Below are positions 54,488 to 63,940 of a DNA stretch of 64,000 nucleotides, one piece after another (position 1 is the first letter of the stretch; the number at the start of each line of letters is the position of its first letter). The stretch spans positions 64,001 to 128,000 of the forward strand of contig CAWJTV010000009.1 in NCBI GenBank assembly GCA_963845755.1. Direction: 5' to 3'. The translations under genes and the position numbers were made by a program. This stretch comes from an uncultured Planctomycetota bacterium. Lineage in GTDB: Bacteria; Planctomycetota; Planctomycetia; Isosphaerales; Isosphaeraceae. The notes under the pieces are model-generated. The model saw only the letters and a program-made list of their open reading frames with translations, had not been told where the DNA came from and ran no database searches.

Positions 54488-55693
54488 CTACGACTTCGTA
54501 GCCATCGCGATGGTCCTGAAGACCTTCGCCTCGAACGACCGACTGAGCTGTTCCGCCAGGCTGGCCATCTCTTCGGCGTCGCGCATCGTCTGGTTGCGCT
54601 GATAGAGCTTCTCGTAACGCGCCTGGAGTTGGCCGATCGCGGTCTTCTTGCGCCGGTAATCACCGCGCGATCCGGTTGGCCTTCTCTGATCGCGATCGCC
54701 TCCAGACGATCGAGAGCGGCGAGATCGGCCGAATCGAGCTCAACCAGGCGTTCCAGGGCCCGCCGTTCCGCGTCGAGATCACCGTCAAACGCGGCGAGCG
54801 CGGCGGTCATCCGTTGGACCTGGGCCGGATTCGACTCGGCGGCCGGCAGATGCCCCATCGCCTGGCGCACGTCCGCAGACCGGTGGGTCGCCAGCGCCCA
54901 ATCCAGCCGGGCACGCCAGACCGGGACATCGTCGGGACGCTGTTGGGAACAGGCTTCGATCAATCGCGCAGGCCTCGTCGTACGCGCCGTCGCGGATCGC
55001 CAGTCTGGCCTTCCCCAACCAGACCCGGTCGTCCGCCGGGGCCGACCGTCCGGCTTGATCGAGGAACGCACGGATCTCCTCCGTCGTCGGGGTCTGGATG
55101 TGGAGGCGCACCAGGAGAATGGCCGACGCCGATGCCCCTTCGCCCGCCGCGTTCAAGCGATCCCAGCACTCCTCGATCACTCGCTCCCGGTCCTCGACGC
55201 GACCTTGCAGCGAATACACCAACCCGAGAAACAGGCCCAATTTCGATCCGTCGCCACGCGGATCGGACATCGCTCGGGTGATCAACGTCTCGGCATCGGC
55301 GAGCCGACCCCGCTCGATGAGCAATTGCATTCGTCCTTGAATCGCCTGTGCGCCGAACGGAGAACCCGGAGGGACCCGTTCCCAGGCCCCGAAGGCGGCC
55401 TGGGCCTGTCCCCTCGCCTTCTCGCACACGCCCAACAGGTAGGTCGCCTCATCCGAGTCGGGCTTCCACGCCAACAGCATCGCCGCCTTCCGCGCCGCGT
55501 GGCCATGTCGACCGGCGCGGATCTCCTGCTTGATGTCGAACATGGCCCGCCGATAGCGCCGGACCTCCCACAGTTTCCAGACACCGCCGATCAAGGCCGC
55601 GGCCGCGACCGTCAGGAGCACGACCCGTCGCGCCCGCGCCGGTCGGCCAGTCGCCTCCGCCCTGGTCTCGACTGCGATCTTTGCCATCCCCAT
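54488..55693 (-). CDS. Stand-alone TPR-like protein (paralog); frameshifts near 54970 and 54660
   Basis: AGGAGG RBS before ATG 55693; DEATYLLGVCEKARG, APADDRVWLGKA; third frame gives YRRKKTAIGQLQARYEKLYQRNQTMRDAEEMASLAEQL...* matching the 50759 paralog. Confidence 0.82.
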
Positions 55694-55901
55694 CCCCGAC
55701 GGTCCTCCTTCCAACGCGCCAGGCTGACGCCACTCGTCTGATTCTACTACCAGGTTGCGGCTCTCAGCACCTGGTCGCCGACCGATCCCGTCCATCCGAC
55801 CGCGGCTTGTCTGACAACCCGGACAGCGCTATCATGGAACTTGCGGATCGAGCACCGAACGAGTCGATTCCGCACCCGCGCGGCAGCACCTGGCCATTTC
55901 A

Positions 55902-55966
55902 GTAGGGTGCTCTGCGAGCACCGCGAAGGGCCGTCAACATGGATCGGTGCTCAGAGGGCACCCGAC
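55902..55966. repeat. GTAGGGTGCTC-type REP doublet
   Basis: GTAGGGTGCTCTGCGAGCACC ... GGTGCTCAGAGGGCACCCGAC; same family as 34667-34920. Confidence 0.75.
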
Positions 55967-57878
55967 TGGGGGACGAGTGGGGCGATTTCCGGTGCTGATC
56001 GTGTCGGTCTGGTGCGGGCTCGTCTCGGGACTGCTCGAGGTCGGTACGATCGTCGTACGCAAGCGGACGTTCGATCCCAATCAGCTTTACGAGATGAGCC
56101 GCCATTTCGTGTGGCTGATCCCGCTGACCAACCTGTGCCTCTTCCTGGCACTGGGCGTCACGTTGAAACTCCTCGCTCGCGCCTGGCCTCGCCGGGTGGA
56201 CTGGCTGGCGCCTCGTTTGCTCGCCTCGTTGACATTGCTGCCGCCCCTCCTGGTCGGCCTGCCGCGGATCCACGGACTGGCCTGGTTCGCCGTGACCCTG
56301 GGGGTCGCGGCGCGGCTGGTCCCGGCCCTGGAGCGGCATGCCGCCGGATTCCGTCGCCTGTTGCGTCTCAGCTTTCCCATCGTCGCCGGCCTCGTTCTGG
56401 TCCTGGCGGCGACGTCCTGGGGCGGAGATCGGATCAGAGAGTGGCGCCAGGGCAGGAGGCCGCTGCCGGCACCCGGCTCCCCCAATGTTCTCCTGGTCGT
56501 GCTGGACACCGTCGCGGCCGAACACCTGAGCCTCTACGGCTACGGACGACCCACCAGCCCGGCCCTGGTCGAGCTGGCCGGGCGGGGGATTCGCTTCGAT
56601 CGCGCGCAGGCGACCTCGTCATGGACGCTGCCATCTCACGCAAGTATGTTTACCGGCCGTTGGCCCCACGAGCTCTCGGCCGGCTGGCTCTCGCCGCTGG
56701 ATGGCACCTTCCCGACTCTGGCCGAGTTCCTGGGTTCGCGCGGCTACGCCACCGCCGGCTTTGTCGGCAATTGCTGGTATTGTGCGTCCGACTCCGGCCT
56801 CGGGCGAGGCTTCACCGCTTACGAGGACTACGTCTTTCCGAGGCTGACCGCCTGCAAGGCGGCGTCCCTGGTCGATCGGACCGTCAACGGGATCCGGGCG
56901 ATGGAACGGTTCCTCGAAGATCGGCTGGACATCGACGTCTTGCGAGTGCCCGTGGAACGCCTCTTCCAGCTAGTCAACGCCGATCGCAAGGAGGCGACGG
57001 GCGTCAATCGCGAATTCCTCGATTGGTTGGCCCGGCGCCGGCAGCCGGAGCGGCCATTCTTCGCCTTCCTGAACTACTACGATGCCCATTCGCCGTATGA
57101 TCTCCCGTCCACGAGGATTCACCGCTTCGGGAGCCAGTCCGTCGACCCGCGCGACGGCGACATGATCCAGGGATGGTGGTCGCTCGACAAGACGGCGATC
57201 TCCCCGCGAGATATCGCGCTGGCCCACGATGCCTACGATGACTGCATCGTGGACCTCGATGAACAACTGGGCCGCTTGTTCGACGAGCTCGGCCGTCGCG
57301 CGGTCCTCGACACGACCTGGGTGATCCTCGTGGCCGATCACGGCGAGAGCTTCGGCGAGCATGCCGGCGTCTTCTGCCATGGGACGAGCCTGTATCAGAC
57401 GGAGTTGCATGTCCCCCTGGTGATCATCCCTCCCGGCGGTCTCCCGTCGAAACGGGTCGTGACCGAGCCGGTGAGCCTTCGGGATCTGGCGGCCACGATC
57501 GTCGACGTGCTGGATTTCCAGGCCGGCTCCCCCTTCCCCGGCAAGTCGCTGGCGCGATTCTGGGACCGGTCATCTCTGTCCCCGTCGGCGCCCGCCGAGC
57601 GGGCACTCTCCGAGGTGGTCCCGATCGACCCGCTCAACCCGGACCCCCTGGAGATGGTCAAGCCGCACTGGCCGATCGCCGCCGTGATCGAGGGGGGCTG
57701 GGCCTACATCCGCCGCGAAGCCGACGGCCACGAGGAGCTCTTTCACCTGCGCGAAGATGCCAAGGAATCGCATAACCTCGCCGGTAGCCCGACGGCGCAC
57801 TCCGACCTCGAGCGGATGCGCGGGTCGTTGAGCGGGCTCACGGCCGGTCCGCTCACGCCGCAACGGTTCCGTCCATGA
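55947..57878 (+). CDS. Multi-TM sulfatase-like protein (copy 3); 5' end overlapped by a REP
   Basis: SVWCGLVSGLLEVG, PNVLLVVLDTV, WTLPSHASMFTG, ADHGESFGEH, LTAGPLTPQRFRP; very similar to copy 2. Confidence 0.9.
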   Translation: MLRGHPTGGRVGRFPVLIVSVWCGLVSGLLEVGTIVVRKRTFDPNQLYEMSRHFVWLIPLTNLCLFLALGVTLKLLARAWPRRVDWLAPRLLASLTLLPPLLVGLPRIHGLAWFAVTLGVAARLVPALERHAAGFRRLLRLSFPIVAGLVLVLAATSWGGDRIREWRQGRRPLPAPGSPNVLLVVLDTVAAEHLSLYGYGRPTSPALVELAGRGIRFDRAQATSSWTLPSHASMFTGRWPHELSAGWLSPLDGTFPTLAEFLGSRGYATAGFVGNCWYCASDSGLGRGFTAYEDYVFPRLTACKAASLVDRTVNGIRAMERFLEDRLDIDVLRVPVERLFQLVNADRKEATGVNREFLDWLARRRQPERPFFAFLNYYDAHSPYDLPSTRIHRFGSQSVDPRDGDMIQGWWSLDKTAISPRDIALAHDAYDDCIVDLDEQLGRLFDELGRRAVLDTTWVILVADHGESFGEHAGVFCHGTSLYQTELHVPLVIIPPGGLPSKRVVTEPVSLRDLAATIVDVLDFQAGSPFPGKSLARFWDRSSLSPSAPAERALSEVVPIDPLNPDPLEMVKPHWPIAAVIEGGWAYIRREADGHEELFHLREDAKESHNLAGSPTAHSDLERMRGSLSGLTAGPLTPQRFRP

Positions 57879-57928
57879 GGCCGGATGACAATCGGCGCGC
57901 TCGAGACGTGCCCGCCCGTCCGAGACAC

Positions 57929-57961
57929 TTGACAATTGTAAGTTTATGTCGTACAAATGTC
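57929..57961 (+). promoter_or_regulatory. Promoter with two BlaI/CopY-like boxes
   Basis: TTGACA-17-TACAAA overlapped by GACAATTGTA (57931-57940) and TACAAATGTC (57952-57961), both close to TACA-NN-TGTA. Confidence 0.55.
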
Positions 57962-58037
57962 GTCGGGCGCGAGAGCCCTGTCTCTCGAGGGTTCCAGGGT
58001 TTGAACGCGTCCCGCCGAGTTTCCCAGGAGTCATCCC

Positions 58038-59419
58038 GTGCCGCGAACTCTTCGCTGCCTCGCCGCGGTTTCGGTACTCGCACTTCCTTGCCTTGCCGAG
58101 CAGACGGGCTCGGCCTCGGAGATGCTGATCCGGTTAAACGTACAGCCGCGCCGGCCCCCAAACCGGCGTTGCGGTACCAGCTCTTGCCCGAGCTGAAGGA
58201 AATGCATCCCGGCAATCCGATCCAGCACTACATGAAGGCGATGATGGTGCAGAAGAAATTCTTCTTCGACGAAGAGGCGTTTCAGCACCGCGAGAAGCTG
58301 CTGGCGATGCCGCTCGAGGAGCTGCCCGCGCAGGAGCTGAAGGAATACGGCCGGTTCGCGCTGAGTCAGGTCGATTGGGCCGCCCGGCTCGACAATCCGG
58401 ATTGGCAGATCCTGCTGAAGCTGAGGGCCGACGGGATCGGCCTTCTGCTCCCGGAGGTACAGCAGCTCCGCTCCCTGGCCAGGGCACTCCAGGTGCGGTT
58501 CCGGGCCGAAATCGCCCAGGCACGCTTCGACGATGCGCTCCGAACCGCCAAGACCCTGTTCGCCATCTCGCGACACCTGGGCGTGCATCCGACGATCATT
58601 GGCGATCTGGTGGGTATGGCGATCGCCGCGGTGGCCACGAACCACCTGGAGGAGATGCTGGAGCAGCCCGGCTGCCCCAACCTTTACTGGGCGCTGACGA
58701 ACTTGCCGAGCCCCCTGATTCCTCTGAACCAGGGTATGGATGGCGAGCGGGTGATGCACCAGTGGATCTTCCGCGACCTGAACGACAGCGTCCCGATGAG
58801 TTCGGCCCAGCTCCATCGGTTTCTCGCGGACAAGGACGCCATCCTCGCGGATGAGAATTCCACCAAGCCCGGCGTGTGGGCGTGGCTGAACGCGCGGACC
58901 AAGGATAAGGAGGTCGTCAGCGCCGCCCGCCGCCGCCTCGTCGAGTATGGCTTCCCGGAGGAGCGTCTGACGCGCTTTCCGGCCGAGCAGGTGATCCTCC
59001 TGGATGAGAAGCGAGAGCTGGAAGTCCGCTTCGACGACGACAGGAAAACCGTAAACTTTCCCTACTGGCAGGTCGAAGCGCTGACGGTCCAGGGCACGTC
59101 GAAGAAGCCGCCGGCACTTTTCGCCGATGCCCTGGTGCCGGCCTTGCGCAACGTCCGCCAGTCGCAGGTACGACTGGACCAGCGGATCGCGCTGCTGCGA
59201 CACATCGAGGCCCTGCGCCTCCATGCCGCGGAACACGAGGGCGCACTCCCCGCGAAACTCTCCGACATCGCCGTGCCGCTGCCGGTTGACCCGGTCACCG
59301 GCAAGCCGTTCCGCTACGAAGCCACCGGCAACACGGCCCACCTCCGCGGCAGTCCGCCCACCGGCCTGGAGAATGTCCCCGTGTTCAATCCCCATTACGA
59401 GGTGACCTTGCAGAAGTAG
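58038..59419 (+). CDS. Hypothetical secreted helical protein (paralog 1); frameshift near 58148
   Basis: GTG 58038 with CAGGAG RBS gives signal peptide MPRTLRCLAAVSVLALPCLA...LNVQP, which joins PAPKPALRYQLLPE in the 57875 frame; aligns along its length with 59478-60929. Confidence 0.8.
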
Positions 59420-59477
59420 TGCAGGGGATGCGCCTGTCCCAGCTTCTCTCATCATTCGCCGCCGGGAGTCTTTCGCA

Positions 59478-60929
59478 ATGACTCGCGTTCTCGTGACCGC
59501 CTTGGCGCTGGCCGCGTTTCCGCTCGATTCCCACGGTGAGGATGCGCCCGTCCATCTCACGGTGCAGCCGATGCCGGCGCCGATGCCCGCGCTCAAGTAT
59601 CAGCTCCTGCCGGAATTGAGGGAGTTGAACCCCGGCAATGCCGCCCAGAATTACCTGAAGTGCTTCATGGAGCAGCGGCATTTCTTCTACAACACCGAGG
59701 CCGCGGCCGAACGTGCCCGCTACCAGACCATGCCGCTCGCCGAACTGCCGTTGGAGAAGCTGCGCAATTATGGCGGCGGTGCGCTCAAGCAGGCGGACTG
59801 GGCCGCCCGGCTGGATGCACTCGACTGGCAGACCCTCGAGCGAATTCAGAACGACGACGGGAAAACGCTGCCTGATGAACTGGGGCCATTCCAGGATCTG
59901 GCGGCGGCGCTCCAGGTCCGGTTCCGGGCCGAGGTGGCCGAGCGGCACTTCGACGACGCACTCCGCACCGCCAAGACGATGTTCGCGCTGGGCCGTCACC
60001 TGGGCGAGCACTCCACGGAGGTCGCGGACCTGGTCGGGCTCTGGGTCGCGCATCTCGGCCTCGGCACGCTCGAAGAAATGGTGCAACAGCCGGAATGCCC
60101 CAACCTCTACTGGGCGCTGACCGATCTGCCTTCCCCTCTGGTGGATCTGCGCAAGGGCGTACAGGGAAATCGCACGCTGGTGGCGGCCGACCTGCGGTCG
60201 CTGCACGACGACCTCTCCATGACCGAATCCGAGCTGGAACAGTTCGTGAGTCACCTGTCCGGCGTGCTGGGTTACGCGCGAGCCCAGTCGGGCCAATCGC
60301 CCCGAAATCTGCGCGCCCGACTGCAAGCGCGAGTCAAGGATGCGGAGCAGGTTCGTGCGGCCCGCCAACGCCTGGTCGAGGCATGTCATAAGCCGGATTT
60401 GAACTTCACCTCAACCCCCTTCTCGCTGAAGAACGTGCTCCAACGCCTGGTCGAGGCGGGTCCCGGGCCGGGTCTGGTCACGACCTTCCCACCCACGCAG
60501 GTCATCCTGCTGGACGAGAGGCGCGTCTACGAGATCCAGCGCGACGAACGCATGAAGCTCCTGGCCCTACCGCTCTGGCAGATCGACAGCCTGGCCGGCG
60601 GTAAGGCGGGGGCGGCCGAAGGAGAAGGAATCCTCGCCGATCTCCTGCCCCATGTCATCAAGCTCCGTCAGGCCCAGGGACATCTGGAGCAACAGATCGC
60701 CCTCCTGCGGCACGTCGAGGCCCTGCGTCTCTACGCTGCGGAGCACGACGGCAAGCTGCCTGCGAAGCTGTCCGACATCGCCGTGCCGCTGCCGGTCGAC
60801 CCGGTCACCGGCAAGTCGTTCGCTTATATGCTCGAGGGAGTGACCGCCCACATTCGCGGCAGTTCGCTCCCTGCCGAGTCGAGCGATCCCGGAGCCCACG
60901 TCCATTACGCTCTGACGATCCGGAAATGA
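59478..60929 (+). CDS. Hypothetical secreted helical protein (paralog 2)
   Basis: Signal peptide; PALKYQLLPE, CPNLYWALTDLPSP, EALRLYAAEHDGKLPAKLSDIAVPLPVDPVTGKSFAY. Confidence 0.88.
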   Translation: MTRVLVTALALAAFPLDSHGEDAPVHLTVQPMPAPMPALKYQLLPELRELNPGNAAQNYLKCFMEQRHFFYNTEAAAERARYQTMPLAELPLEKLRNYGGGALKQADWAARLDALDWQTLERIQNDDGKTLPDELGPFQDLAAALQVRFRAEVAERHFDDALRTAKTMFALGRHLGEHSTEVADLVGLWVAHLGLGTLEEMVQQPECPNLYWALTDLPSPLVDLRKGVQGNRTLVAADLRSLHDDLSMTESELEQFVSHLSGVLGYARAQSGQSPRNLRARLQARVKDAEQVRAARQRLVEACHKPDLNFTSTPFSLKNVLQRLVEAGPGPGLVTTFPPTQVILLDERRVYEIQRDERMKLLALPLWQIDSLAGGKAGAAEGEGILADLLPHVIKLRQAQGHLEQQIALLRHVEALRLYAAEHDGKLPAKLSDIAVPLPVDPVTGKSFAYMLEGVTAHIRGSSLPAESSDPGAHVHYALTIRK

Positions 60930-61001
60930 CAAATTCAAAATTGGAGATTTATAAAAACCACGGCAGTGCTGGACATTACATTCATTGAATCTGGAATCAT
61001 C

Positions 61002-61036
61002 GGAATCTGGAATCTGGAATCTGGAATCTGGAATCC
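61002..61036. repeat. (GGAATCT)n tandem heptamer
   Basis: Four exact GGAATCT units plus GGAATCC. Confidence 0.85.
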
Positions 61037-61100
61037 TCTATCCGAGGCATTCCCATCCTCCCAGTCGGGGTGGGCCGCAACGCGGCAACCGAGGTGCTTC

Positions 61101-62639
61101 ATGAGACCGATGTTACCGACGCTGAACCAGATCGACCCCGCCGAGGCCTGGCAGCCCTGGCAGCCGACGGCGGCGGATCCCTGGGGACGGAAATGGGCGG
61201 CCCATCTTTACCGGCGCGCAGCCTTCGGGGCCAATCGCGAGGACCTTCGGGAGGCCGAGTGTCTCGGCATTCAAGGCACCCTCGACCTTCTGTTCCAGGG
61301 GAAGCCCTATGCGACCGAGATCCTGGAAACCTTGATCGACGTCGGCCGAATCGCTGCCGACGACGATGAGGAGGGCGACCAACTTCGCGGCTGGTGGCTC
61401 TACTGCATGCTCCAGGGCGGCCACCCGCTCCGCGAAAAGCTCACCCTCTTCTGGCACAACCACTTCGCCACCAGCCTCACCAAGGTGCAACAACCGACCC
61501 TGATGTTCGGCCAGAATTGCCTGCTGCGCACGCATGCTCTCGGTCGGTTCGGTCCCTTGCTCCAGGCGATCAGTCGGGACGGGGCCATGATGGTCTGGCT
61601 CGATTCCAACAGCAACGTCCAGGGGAAGCCGAACGAGAATTATGCGCGCGAGCTGATGGAGCTATTTAGCCTGGGCGTTGGCCACTACCAGGAGAAGGAC
61701 ATCCGCGAGGCCGCTCGCGCCTTCACCGGCTGGAGGACCGACGGAGCGGGCTTCCGGTTCGACGCCCGTCTGCACGATAGCGGCCCCAAGACCGTCCTGG
61801 GCCAGACGGGGGCCTGGGATGGCGGCGACGTGGTGCGCATCCTCCTGGAGCAGCCGGCGGCGGCCCGCTTCCTGGTTCGCAAGCTCTACCACTTCCTGGT
61901 GAGTGAGAAAGCCGCGCCGCCCGACGCCCTGCTCGAGCCGCTCTGCACGTCGTTTCGCAAGAGTAACTACGACATCGCCGGACTGGTCAGGACCATCCTG
62001 GCGTCGCGGCATTTCTACTCGGATCACGCCTTCCGGCGGCGGGTCAAGGGACCGGTGGAATTCGTACTGGGCGCGGTCCAGGCGGTGTATCGGCGCTATG
62101 GCGAGCTCGAGCCGGACTTCCGGTCGTTGCCGCAGCAGGTGCTGGTCGATCGGCTGAGTGCCATGGGTCAGATCCTGTTCGCGCCGCCCAACGTCAAGGG
62201 CTGGCCGGGAGGCCCGTCCTGGCTGAATACCTCCACGGTCCTCCAGCGCGATAACTTCGCCGGGGCCCTGGCGATGGGCACGCTCTGGTTCAACGCGTCT
62301 CCCGAGACGGCCGCCGCGACGGAGGGGGCACACGCCACTTCGGGCCAGTCGACGGGCAAACCCCATCCGTCGGCCGCGTCCGGGGACCTGCCCCAGGAGC
62401 CGGCGCCGCCCCTGGCCTTCGACCCGGCCCGGCTCCTGGCCGAGGAGGGCGTGAGTCGTCCCGAGGACGTCGTCCGCGCGCTCCTGGACCTCTATCTACC
62501 CGGCGGCGTCCGCACCGAGGCTCGCACGAAGCTCGTGAACTTCGTGGCCGCGGGGAATCCCTCCGGCCCGGCCCTGGACCGTCGCGTGCGCGAGGCCGTC
62601 CACGCCATCCTGGCCATGGCGGAATATCAGCTAGCGTAA
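61101..62639 (+). CDS. DUF1800 domain protein
   Basis: AAHLYRRAAFG, PLREKLTLFWHNHFATS, PNENYARELMELFSLG, PPNVKGWPGG, AEYQLA; GAGGTG RBS. Confidence 0.93.
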   Translation: MRPMLPTLNQIDPAEAWQPWQPTAADPWGRKWAAHLYRRAAFGANREDLREAECLGIQGTLDLLFQGKPYATEILETLIDVGRIAADDDEEGDQLRGWWLYCMLQGGHPLREKLTLFWHNHFATSLTKVQQPTLMFGQNCLLRTHALGRFGPLLQAISRDGAMMVWLDSNSNVQGKPNENYARELMELFSLGVGHYQEKDIREAARAFTGWRTDGAGFRFDARLHDSGPKTVLGQTGAWDGGDVVRILLEQPAAARFLVRKLYHFLVSEKAAPPDALLEPLCTSFRKSNYDIAGLVRTILASRHFYSDHAFRRRVKGPVEFVLGAVQAVYRRYGELEPDFRSLPQQVLVDRLSAMGQILFAPPNVKGWPGGPSWLNTSTVLQRDNFAGALAMGTLWFNASPETAAATEGAHATSGQSTGKPHPSAASGDLPQEPAPPLAFDPARLLAEEGVSRPEDVVRALLDLYLPGGVRTEARTKLVNFVAAGNPSGPALDRRVREAVHAILAMAEYQLA

Positions 62640-62673
62640 GAGTTGCTCATTTTTCAATCGCGGAGGACTCGCC

Positions 62674-63913
62674 ATGTTCAGCCGTTCAACGGTTTCTGAC
62701 GCAGACTTTGAAAGGCTCGTCGTTGGTGGCCTTGAATGCGATGGTCCCGCAGTTCGTGTCGCGGACCGCTCAGGCGGCCGCGCCGGGCAAGGACACCATC
62801 CTCGTCGTCCTGGAGATGACCGGCGGCAACGACGGCCTCAACACCGTCATTCCCTACGCCGACGACCTGTACCACAAGGCTCGGCCCACTCTTCGCCAGA
62901 CGAAGGACGTGGTCGTCCGGCTGGACGACCACGTCGGCTTGAACTCCGGAATGCAGGGCTTCCGGCCGATGTGGGAACATGGGGAGCTGGCGGTCGTTCA
63001 GGGCGTCGGTTATCCCAATCCCGAGCGCTCGCACTTCGAAGCCATGGACATCTGGCAGTCGGCCGATCTCAAAGGGGCTCGTACCGGCTGGCTGGGCCGG
63101 GCCGCGGTAGAGACCGACAACCGCTCGGGCGGGGTGCCGATCCTGCACCTCGGCGCGAACCAGTTGCCGCTGGCCCTGGCCGGGGCGCCGGGCGGCGGGG
63201 CGATCACCGTCAGTGACCAGAACTCCTTCCGCCTCGAGCTGGGCGGCGGAACCGCCGTTCGGCAGAAGGCCCGCCGCAAGCTGCTGGAGGAACTGGCGGC
63301 GCCGGCGGGGACGACGCGCGAGGACGACCTGGCGTCGTTCGTGCAGCGGCGGCAGGTGCAGACCCTGACGGCGGTTGAGACCCTGCGCACGCTGCTGGAA
63401 GGGCCAAACGCCATACCGCGACAGGGCGGCGGCCTCTCGCAGAAGCTGCAACTCGTGGCGGGCCTGATCGCCAAGGGCTTCGGCACGCGCATCTTCTATG
63501 TCAGCCTCGAAGGCTTCGACACGCACGCCAGCCAGGGCCCCGCGCACAGCGGCCTGCTGGGCGATTTGGCCAACTCGGTCGCGGGTTTCTTCCAGACGCT
63601 CAAGACGACCGGCCACCACGGTCGGGTGCGGTTGATGACCTTCTCGGAGTTCGGCCGCCGCGTGAAGGAGAACGGCAGTCGGGGCACCGACCACGGTGCC
63701 GCCTCGTGCTTGTTCGTGGCCGGGCCATCGGTCAAGGGGGGCGTCGTCGGCAAGCATCCCAGCCTGGCGGACCTGGACGACGACGACCTGAAGTTCCACA
63801 CCGACTTCCGCCGGATCTATGCGACCCTGCTCGACGGATGGTTGGGCTGCGACAGCAAGGCCGTGCTGGGCGCGAAGTGGGACCCCGTGAAGGAGTTGGC
63901 CCCCAAGGCCTGA
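62674..63913 (+). CDS. DUF1501 domain protein paired with DUF1800; frameshift near 62686
   Basis: GGAGG RBS; removing one T gives MFSRQRFLTQTLKGSS; GGNDGLNTVIPY, RSHFEAMDIW, GFDTHASQ, SEFGRRVKENGSRGTDHG. Confidence 0.92.
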
Positions 63914-63940
63914 GGAACGTGCGGATTCGGAGCCCTATCC

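Noticed and set aside
11349..59596. Long antisense ORFs (e.g. 11349-12944, 22639-24063, 33345-34625, 34747-36165, 50723-52393, 58031-59596)
   Set aside because: Shadow ORFs opposite well-supported genes, expected in high-GC DNA; no motifs.
7290..62700. Programmed ribosomal frameshifting or phase variation as the explanation of the frameshifts
   Set aside because: The sites lack slippery heptamers or long simple repeats and hit unrelated genes; sequencing error is more parsimonious.
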